Of a stretch of DNA of 64,000 nt, positions 57,604 to 64,000 are shown one piece after another. The notes beneath the pieces are model-generated. The model searched no databases and was not told the DNA's origin. It saw only the letters and a list, made by a program, of their open reading frames with translations. Numbering within the stretch: position 1 is the first letter of the stretch; every line of letters begins with the position of its first letter. The stretch spans positions 2,144,001-2,208,000 of the forward strand of contig CAWDEM010000008.1 of assembly GCA_963801355.1 (NCBI GenBank), in the 5' to 3' direction. A program made the translations under genes and the position numbers. This DNA comes from Ignavibacteriota bacterium. GTDB lineage: Bacteria; Bacteroidota; Ignavibacteria; UBA10030; UBA6906.

Positions 57604-58809
57604 TCACATACTTCCCATCATGTGACCCGATACATACTGTTTGTATCGTAGCATTGCCTCTATGAAGTAATAGTCTCCGTAGATCAGCGACACATCAACC
57701 TCACTGCGGGCCGGTTTGCTCCCGACCGCGTGCTTCAGGATACCGCCTGTATGCGGGCCAGCCGAGAAGTACGGTTCCGCAGAGAGCGCCTCCAGCGAGG
57801 CCTCAGCCGTCTGGAAATATCTGTTCTTCGTCGCCGTGTCGTTGACGAGCGTGCTCAGCTCAAGCAAGGCCGAAGTGGCGATGGCACCCGCAGAGGCATC
57901 GCGTGGCTCATCAGGGATGTTGGGCGCGTTGAAGTCCCAGTACGGCACGTGATCAGCCGGCAGATGATCGACGTAATAGTCCGCGGCTCGTTGTGCGGTT
58001 TGGAGGAACCGCGGGTCCCTGGTGAAGCGATAGCTCATTGTGAATCCGTATATCGCCCACGCCTGGCCGCGCGACCAGCATGAACCATCCGCGTAGCCCT
58101 GGTGCGTGCCCTTCCAGATAACCGATCCATTCGTGGTGTCATAATCCAGGACATGATATGTGCTTCCATCCGGCCTGAAGTGATTCCGCATGGTCTTTTC
58201 CGCGTGTGTGACGGCAATGTCGTACAGGTGCCGGGGGCCGCCATTCTGCGAAGCCCAGAACAGAAGCTCCAGGTTCATCATATTGTCGACGATGACCGGA
58301 TACTCCCATTTGCGGTTGTCCCACGATTTGACACATCCGACCGTGGGATTGAACCGCGTCGCGAGAGTAGCGGCTGCCCGCAGGATAGTCGTCCTGTACT
58401 GTTCATCCCTGGTCAGCCGGTACCCATTTCCGAAACTGCAAAACACCATGAAGCCAATGTCATGCGAACCCGAATACGATTGAAGCGGCGTCAGCCCTTC
58501 CGTCCAGCGTTTTGCCCATTGCGCAAACTGACTTCCTCCGGTCATCTCCTGCATATACCAGAGAATACCGGGAAAAAATCCGCTGGTCCAATCGCGGATG
58601 GGTACCGTGTTCCATTTTCCACCGGGCACTATGCTGCGCGGATATCTCACGGAATCACCGCACTCCTGTACCGTCTGCACCACCCTGTCCGCAATCACTG
58701 GAGTGATGGTATCTATTCGCGAGACAAGCGTGCGGAGAAGTGCGTCATTGACGTGAGACGTTGCGCACCCGCACAATGCCAGGAAACTCAGAAGAATCGC
58801 ATTACGCAC
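57604..58809 (-). CDS. GH88 unsaturated glucuronyl hydrolase, lipoprotein
   Basis: LCGC lipobox; DWTSGFFPG, HDIGF, IVDNMMNLELL, WSRGQAW, DASA, YGDYYFIEA. Confidence 0.93.
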   Translation of the reverse strand: MRNAILLSFLALCGCATSHVNDALLRTLVSRIDTITPVIADRVVQTVQECGDSVRYPRSIVPGGKWNTVPIRDWTSGFFPGILWYMQEMTGGSQFAQWAKRWTEGLTPLQSYSGSHDIGFMVFCSFGNGYRLTRDEQYRTTILRAAATLATRFNPTVGCVKSWDNRKWEYPVIVDNMMNLELLFWASQNGGPRHLYDIAVTHAEKTMRNHFRPDGSTYHVLDYDTTNGSVIWKGTHQGYADGSCWSRGQAWAIYGFTMSYRFTRDPRFLQTAQRAADYYVDHLPADHVPYWDFNAPNIPDEPRDASAGAIATSALLELSTLVNDTATKNRYFQTAEASLEALSAEPYFSAGPHTGGILKHAVGSKPARSEVDVSLIYGDYYFIEAMLRYKQYVSGHMMGSM

Positions 58810-58834
58810 CTGTTATGCCTCTATTGATGGGTGA

Positions 58835-59155
58835 TCAGTTCATCTTCGCTTTGTTCATCCTGTGAAAGTGTGCTTCCTGGCCCTGTGGCCCGGTAGCATG
58901 CTCTATCACGAGGACGAAGAACTCTTCACCTATTTCTGACTCTGTCAACCCTGCCAGCAACTCTCTGTCGTCCATTCCCCCCTGCTGAATGTAGTCCCTG
59001 ATCTCCGCCATGGACCACCACTCCCACTGGAGTTCCCGGCCGGGGAGGAACACCAATGCTCCGAGCTCATCGGTCTCATGCACCTTCCGGCGCCACAGTT
59101 CATGGTACCGGGTGAAATTCGAGTAGAGATGCATTATGATCGAGGCGTGCTTCAT
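58835..59155 (-). CDS. hypothetical protein
   Basis: Co-oriented ORF filling the gap between operon genes; protein-like composition. Confidence 0.55.
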   Translation of the reverse strand: MKHASIIMHLYSNFTRYHELWRRKVHETDELGALVFLPGRELQWEWWSMAEIRDYIQQGGMDDRELLAGLTESEIGEEFFVLVIEHATGPQGQEAHFHRMNKAKMN

Positions 59156-59183
59156 CAACGTCACTGCGTCCGGAGGAAGGCAG

Positions 59184-59609
59184 CTATGCGCTGCATAGAC
59201 GGCGGAATGCCGGGGGAACCGGCGACGGTGTGCGGTTGGCATAGTCAAAGAACGCAATCCCGGTTTTCACCCGGGCCACCTCTTTCCCCGACGCCTTGTT
59301 GACCATACGGAAGAGGAAATCACACCTGAGCTGCTGCAGGTCTGCCACCGCGACATCGATCGTCAGGACATCGCCGTAGAATGCCTGCGACCGGTACACG
59401 ACCACGGCATCCGTCATGATGATGCCCACGCCGTCCACATTCTGTTCCGACCAGCCGTGCGACTGTAGAAAACGCATCCGCGCCTCCTGCGCAAGCGAAA
59501 GCACGGCATCGTTGCCGAGATGCCCGCCATAGTTGATGTCGGAAACCCGCAACGCGACTTCCGTCGCAAACAGAAACCGCTCCGGCAGATCAAGTCGAAC
59601 TCTGCTCAC
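59184..59609 (-). CDS. 4HBT-like acyl-CoA thioesterase
   Basis: RVSDINYGGHLGND...EAR hot-dog fold motif. Confidence 0.9.
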   Translation of the reverse strand: MSRVRLDLPERFLFATEVALRVSDINYGGHLGNDAVLSLAQEARMRFLQSHGWSEQNVDGVGIIMTDAVVVYRSQAFYGDVLTIDVAVADLQQLRCDFLFRMVNKASGKEVARVKTGIAFFDYANRTPSPVPPAFRRLCSA

Positions 59610-59639
59610 GGCAAAACACTCCTTGAGGGAACCGGGCTC

Positions 59640-60866
59640 TCACGAACCCGTAAAACGCTCTTTCACCATCCGGTCGATGTGCTCTTTGAACCCCGGGTGA
59701 TGTGCGATGATCTGGTCGAACGTATCTTTGTGCAGAGCATAGAGGTCGCAATATCCGACCGCGCGGACGGTGGCATTCCGGGGTTGTCCTTTTACCAGGG
59801 CGACCTCCCCGAAGAAGTCCCCGTCACCCAGGGTCGCCTGTACCGAAGTCTCATCCCTGCCGAGAACCTCGACAGTCCCCCGACCGATGAAGAACATCTC
59901 CTTCCCCTGGTCTCCCGCCCGGAAGATGAAATCACCGGGAAGATAGACCAGAGGACGCATCGCCAAAGCAATGTCGCGGACCAGATCGGTTCCCGCACCC
60001 TTGAACAACGGCACCTTTTCGATGACATCCTTCTTCAGAAACAGCGAGACCTCCGCGTGCAACGACGGGGGGAGTTCGTCGACAATTGCCGACTCGTCAA
60101 AGCCAAGCCGCTTTTCCCACCGGTAGCCATGATACTCCCGTATCCGATGCTGCAACCCGGCGGGAAGTCCGCGGTACTCCATGAACGCATTGATTTTCTC
60201 CATTGCTTCCACGTAGCGCGTGCGTGAAGGATGGAGGTTGGCGATGATATGCGCCACATTGCCGATAATGTAGCCGAACATCCCGACCCCGAGAGCCATG
60301 ACGGTAACGGCGAATATCATCTCGTAGTCCGTCCGCGGGGTTATGTCGCCGTAGCCGACCGACGTCAGCGTGGTCACACAATAATAGAGTCCGCGCAAAT
60401 AGGTGTTCGGCACACCTTCCTGTTGATGCAACGATCGAAGCGCCACCCACGTGCACGCAAGTGCGTGCACAAGAAGTCCGATGAAGTAGGCGGAATACAA
60501 CAGGCGGAGGGTGTTCCACCGTACACTATACTGTTGCCACCACTGCTTCATGGTCTCCACGATGCGCCCCAGTTTCACCAACCGGATGAGGTCAAGAGGA
60601 GAGCCCGGGAACAGCAATCCCAACGGGAGGGCAGCCAGCAGATCCACCAGGAACCAACGCCAGCGGTACATCTCGAACGATCCTGCGTATTTCCACCGGA
60701 CCACCAGATCAGTGATCAACAGTGGCACAAGGATGATATCAAAGGAAGGCATACCGGCAAGGAATGAGGACCCCAGCACGAGTCGCGCGGGGACACCCAG
60801 GACAAGCAGCGTCGTGACAACGAACGAGAGAACACTCCATGCACGGGGGAGCGGTGTGGTAGTCAT
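59640..60866 (-). CDS. cyclic-nucleotide-gated K+ channel (SthK-like)
   Basis: S4-like IRLVKLGR, selectivity filter TSVGYGD, C-linker, CNBD FFGEVAL...PRNATV. Confidence 0.92.
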   Translation of the reverse strand: MTTTPLPRAWSVLSFVVTTLLVLGVPARLVLGSSFLAGMPSFDIILVPLLITDLVVRWKYAGSFEMYRWRWFLVDLLAALPLGLLFPGSPLDLIRLVKLGRIVETMKQWWQQYSVRWNTLRLLYSAYFIGLLVHALACTWVALRSLHQQEGVPNTYLRGLYYCVTTLTSVGYGDITPRTDYEMIFAVTVMALGVGMFGYIIGNVAHIIANLHPSRTRYVEAMEKINAFMEYRGLPAGLQHRIREYHGYRWEKRLGFDESAIVDELPPSLHAEVSLFLKKDVIEKVPLFKGAGTDLVRDIALAMRPLVYLPGDFIFRAGDQGKEMFFIGRGTVEVLGRDETSVQATLGDGDFFGEVALVKGQPRNATVRAVGYCDLYALHKDTFDQIIAHHPGFKEHIDRMVKERFTGS

Positions 60867-60877
60867 CGCAGCTCCTG

Positions 60878-61324
60878 TCAGAGGGCGATCTTGAGCACGA
60901 CCTTGCGAATATTCCCGTTGCCCACAAGCGGCGCGTGAGCATCCCACGGAAAAAACACCGCGAATGTACCCGGGTGCATTGTCAACCAGAGTGCCGGCTC
61001 ATCGGTGAAAAAGGCGATATCCCTTTCCGGATTGTACTCCCGCTCGACCTCGCGGCACTCATCGGCGGCGCGCCATCCCATGGTCTCTTTTCCGGCAAGC
61101 AGATAGTGGATATCGATGTAATTGCGGTGTGTTTCAAGCCGCGCTTCACTCGGCCATCTGCCGGGCTGGGCGCTGACGATGGCGTACAGGTTCGCCCCGT
61201 CGATATCGATCTTTCCCGAAGGAACTGTCATAAGGTCCTGCGACGACAGGAACTCCAATGCCCGCACGAACTGCGGATGAAGTGCATAGTACCGTTTTGC
61301 GTTGGCAAGCGTATCGAGAATCAT
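60878..61324 (-). CDS. YhcH/YjgK/YiaL family protein
   Basis: MILD, ETHRNYIDIH, YNPERDIAF, FAVFFPWDAHAP, KVVLKI. Confidence 0.9.
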   Translation of the reverse strand: MILDTLANAKRYYALHPQFVRALEFLSSQDLMTVPSGKIDIDGANLYAIVSAQPGRWPSEARLETHRNYIDIHYLLAGKETMGWRAADECREVEREYNPERDIAFFTDEPALWLTMHPGTFAVFFPWDAHAPLVGNGNIRKVVLKIAL

Positions 61325-61373
61325 GTGCGTACCGGATAGAGTTATTGAAAAAGATGTTGCGCGAATGGAGAAG

Positions 61374-62309
61374 TCACCAGCTGCCGGAGGAACCGCCTCC
61401 GGAGAAGCTGCCGCCTCCTCCTGAAAAACTGCTGCCGCCACCGCCGGACGACGACCCGCCGCCCGATCTCCCGCCTCCGCTGCCACCCTGCGCTGATGCC
61501 ACGGCCTTTCCCCATTTCTGAGCCCAGGCCTTCCCTTTGGGGGTCTTTGCGAAGACAAACTTCAGAATCGGGAAACCGATCACATATGCGGCGAACAAGA
61601 CCAGTCCGGGGAGCATTCCCAGGATGCTTATCGGGAACATGGACCAAAAGGGAATAAGGAAGAAATACAGAAACCAGGAGGTGAACCCGCGCGAGAAGAG
61701 TGCAATAAAAGTGAAGGGACTGATGATTGCCAGGAAGAACATGAACGGGATGAGAGCTAGGCCCGGAAAGACAAAGCCCATGCCGGAGTCATCTTCCTCT
61801 GCATCAGCCGTATAGGCTCCCTGAATCGCCGCCAGGATCGACTCGACACCCGCCCGGACGCCTCCGTCATAGTCTCCCTCCTTGAAGCGCGGGACAATCT
61901 CATGCCGGATGATGCGGCCGCAGGTGAGATCGGTCAGGTCACCCTCGAGGCCGCGCCCGACCTCGATGCGCACCTGGCGGTCATCTTTCGACACGAGCAG
62001 GAGGACTCCGTTGTCTTTTCCCTTCTGGCCGAGTTTCCACGTCTCCACGACCCGCATCGAAAAGTTCTCAATTTCCTCCCCTTCGAGTGAAGTCACCGTG
62101 AGCACCACCACCTGGTTGGAAGTCGAATCTTCCTGAACTTTCAGCATATCTTCAAGAGCCGCCGTGGTCTTGTTGCTGAGGAGACCCGCGGTGTCATTCA
62201 CCCTGCCGCCAAGAAAAGGAATTTCCGTAGTGCGGCCGGGTGCAACTCCTGCAAGAAGCAGGGCGATTGCCGGCAAGACTGTCCTGAGTGCGCGCATGGC
62301 GTGTCTCAT
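61374..62309 (-). CDS. TPM-domain (YgcG-like) membrane protein with Gly-rich tail
   Basis: RVNDTAGLL, WKLGQKGKDNGVLLLV, RIEVGRGLEG, GGGGSFSGGGSSGSW. Confidence 0.93.
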   Translation of the reverse strand: MRHAMRALRTVLPAIALLLAGVAPGRTTEIPFLGGRVNDTAGLLSNKTTAALEDMLKVQEDSTSNQVVVLTVTSLEGEEIENFSMRVVETWKLGQKGKDNGVLLLVSKDDRQVRIEVGRGLEGDLTDLTCGRIIRHEIVPRFKEGDYDGGVRAGVESILAAIQGAYTADAEEDDSGMGFVFPGLALIPFMFFLAIISPFTFIALFSRGFTSWFLYFFLIPFWSMFPISILGMLPGLVLFAAYVIGFPILKFVFAKTPKGKAWAQKWGKAVASAQGGSGGGRSGGGSSSGGGGSSFSGGGGSFSGGGSSGSW

Positions 62310-62968
62310 CGATCGCTCATGCGAAGGTCATCGCGAAGCTCGTCCGAGTCGTCGACTTTCCTCTTGACACCACGTCGTTCCAGGAGCACGCCGCATTTTC
62401 CGATGGCCTCAATGAGTCCTTCCGCAATGGATCCCCGGCGGATGCCCTTGATAACGGTTTGCATAACGTCATCCCATTCCGCCTGCTTCACGCGTGCATT
62501 GATGCCCGAGTCGCCGACGACGAGGACGTGGTGCTCGAGGAGACTCACGAAAAGGAGGATACCCGTGCGTTCGCGCGTGTCGAACACCTCTTCCGCGATG
62601 AATGCTTCCGCGGCCCGCTGGCGCACACGCTTCTGCATCAACGCCGGTCCGGCGAACAGACGTTTCACGGGATGGATGAACTGGGTCAATGCCATGCCGG
62701 CGCAAAACGCCGCCATCATCGCAGTCAGGACCACCGGCAACCGAAACGGGAGCCAGAGCGGTGTGAAAAAGTGCACAGCGAAGAATGCCAGGACAGCCAC
62801 AGCGCCGGCAGCCGATGCACCGCGCCATACGGCACGCTCGTAACCGTCGCTCTGCTCAACAATGTAGGGGACGATCTCCCCCGATGTTTTCAGTTCTGCG
62901 TCCTGCACCGCCTGCCTGATGCGCAAGAGGTCCTGTTCGGAAAAGAGACGGGAAACGGATGATCTCAT
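62306..62968 (-). CDS. TPM-domain partner membrane protein
   Basis: AELKTSGEIV, TRERTGILLFVSLLEH..V.GDSGI, DELRD. Confidence 0.9.
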   Translation of the reverse strand: MRSSVSRLFSEQDLLRIRQAVQDAELKTSGEIVPYIVEQSDGYERAVWRGASAAGAVAVLAFFAVHFFTPLWLPFRLPVVLTAMMAAFCAGMALTQFIHPVKRLFAGPALMQKRVRQRAAEAFIAEEVFDTRERTGILLFVSLLEHHVLVVGDSGINARVKQAEWDDVMQTVIKGIRRGSIAEGLIEAIGKCGVLLERRGVKRKVDDSDELRDDLRMSDR

Positions 62969-63034
62969 GACAACCTCAAAGAGTATTTGGTCGGTTCAGT
63001 GCGTTGCGGTGTCGCCTCGCGTTGCGGTATCGCG

Positions 63035-63355
63035 TCACGTTGCGGGTCCATGCACGGCAATCCAGATGCAGGGCGGCTGTGCGGAAGTCGCGGCGACGCG
63101 ATGCTTCCGGTGTGCAGGCAGCATGAGAGTGTCGCCCGTCCCGAGCCGGACGTCCGGACCTTCCTCAAATGCCACCACACCCTCTCCCTGCACCACCGCG
63201 ACCCATTCATCGTGATCCTGGTCGTACCACGATCCCGGGGGCGTCGACTGACCCGTGGAGATGATGCGCTCGATGCGTACGCCGGCGATGACGGCAAGGT
63301 TGTCGACGACTTCCTCCGTGCGGCCGGCAAGACTCCTCAGGTCAAAGAGATTCAT
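63035..63355 (-). CDS. cupin-domain protein
   Basis: RIERIISTGQSTP..WYDQDHDEWV.V.QG, PAHRKHRV. Confidence 0.88.
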   Translation of the reverse strand: MNLFDLRSLAGRTEEVVDNLAVIAGVRIERIISTGQSTPPGSWYDQDHDEWVAVVQGEGVVAFEEGPDVRLGTGDTLMLPAHRKHRVAATSAQPPCIWIAVHGPAT

Positions 63356-63367
63356 GGGACTCCGTTG

Positions 63368-64000
63368 TCAGAGAACAGCGGGCTCTTTCATGACAATCTT
63401 CCCTGCACCCGCATCCATCTCCACTTCGGTTCCCAGGGGAAGGGTGAATTTGTTTTCGATGTGCCCGATCATCGCTCCCGCATATGCCGGGACGCCGAGC
63501 GATGCAATCTGCTCGTGGAGCACTTCCTCGAGCGTCAACGATCCGAAACCCTCGCCGGGTTCGCAATTGGTGCACTTGCCGATAACGACTCCCGCAAGCT
63601 GCTCCGCAATCCCCGCGATGCGGAGTTGCGTCAGCATACGATCCACCCGGTAGACCGCTTCGCCGTCATCCTCAAGAAAGAGGATGACGCCTTTCCACGG
63701 CGGAAGGTACGGGGATCCGATCATGGCGCTCAGGACGGAGAGATTCCCCCCGACAAGAATCCCGCGCGCGGTTCCCGGCGTAACAGTTTCGACACGATCC
63801 TTTGTCTGTATGAGGTTGTCACCTCGATGCGAAGGATTCTCGAAGGTGACCGCCTCTGCATCAAAGAGTACACGGCGAAAATAGGATGTAGAAAACTCGT
63901 TCCATGTCGAAGTGCCCACGGGCCCGTGAAACGTGACGAGTCCAGACCGCGCGAACATCGCGATGAGAAGCGACGTGATGTCACTGTAGCCTACAATGAT
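63368..64000 (-). CDS. S66 LD-carboxypeptidase (5' part outside the window)
   Basis: Frame extends to the window end: IIVGYSDITSL, TFHGP, GGNLS, LFLED, IGH catalytic motifs. Confidence 0.92.
   Translation of the reverse strand: MIVGYSDITSLLIAMFARSGLVTFHGPVGTSTWNEFSTSYFRRVLFDAEAVTFENPSHRGDNLIQTKDRVETVTPGTARGILVGGNLSVLSAMIGSPYLPPWKGVILFLEDDGEAVYRVDRMLTQLRIAGIAEQLAGVVIGKCTNCEPGEGFGSLTLEEVLHEQIASLGVPAYAGAMIGHIENKFTLPLGTEVEMDAGAGKIVMKEPAVL

Noticed and set aside
61374-61500. GC-rich low-complexity repeat
   Set aside because: It encodes the normal Gly/Ser-rich tail of TPM/YgcG proteins.

Overview
GC-rich bacterial window, most consistent with an Ignavibacteria-like member of the FCB group. This placement is inferred from many T9SS C-terminal domains (QNYPNPFNP..T..K.LL), together with E. 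coli-type TTGACA-17/18-TATATT promoters and Shine-Dalgarno sites, unlike Bacteroidia. Almost all genes are on the minus strand. Layout: (1) 1-13.7 kb, a mosaic xylan/xylose locus (TonB-dependent receptor, xylA, GH116, GH3, PfkB kinase, GH10, LacI, GPH-MFS) carrying gene relics and a LacI operator; (2) 13.9-22.5 kb, an extended poly-gamma-glutamate cluster (pgsB-pgsC-pgsW preceded by a Glu racemase-like gene, a DctM-like permease, an unannotated 48-aa membrane peptide, a deacylase and a DUF6305-like protein, with a divergent M14 carboxypeptidase); (3) 22.5-32 kb, assorted envelope and hydrolase genes; (4) 32.2-53.5 kb, a ~21-kb island bounded by a 16-bp direct repeat of the tRNA-Ser(TGA) 3' end, with no recognisable integrase. 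The island holds an integron cassette array (attC sites, no intI), three large T9SS cargo genes, gene stumps, a three-copy 23-codon coding element and an in-frame palindromic insertion in T9SS tails; (5) 53.9-64 kb, corA, a lyase-like T9SS protein with an apparently circularly permuted CBM96/DNRLRE insert, GH88, a cNMP-gated K+ channel, TPM-domain genes and a partial LD-carboxypeptidase. All family calls come from motif recognition by eye; no database searches were run.
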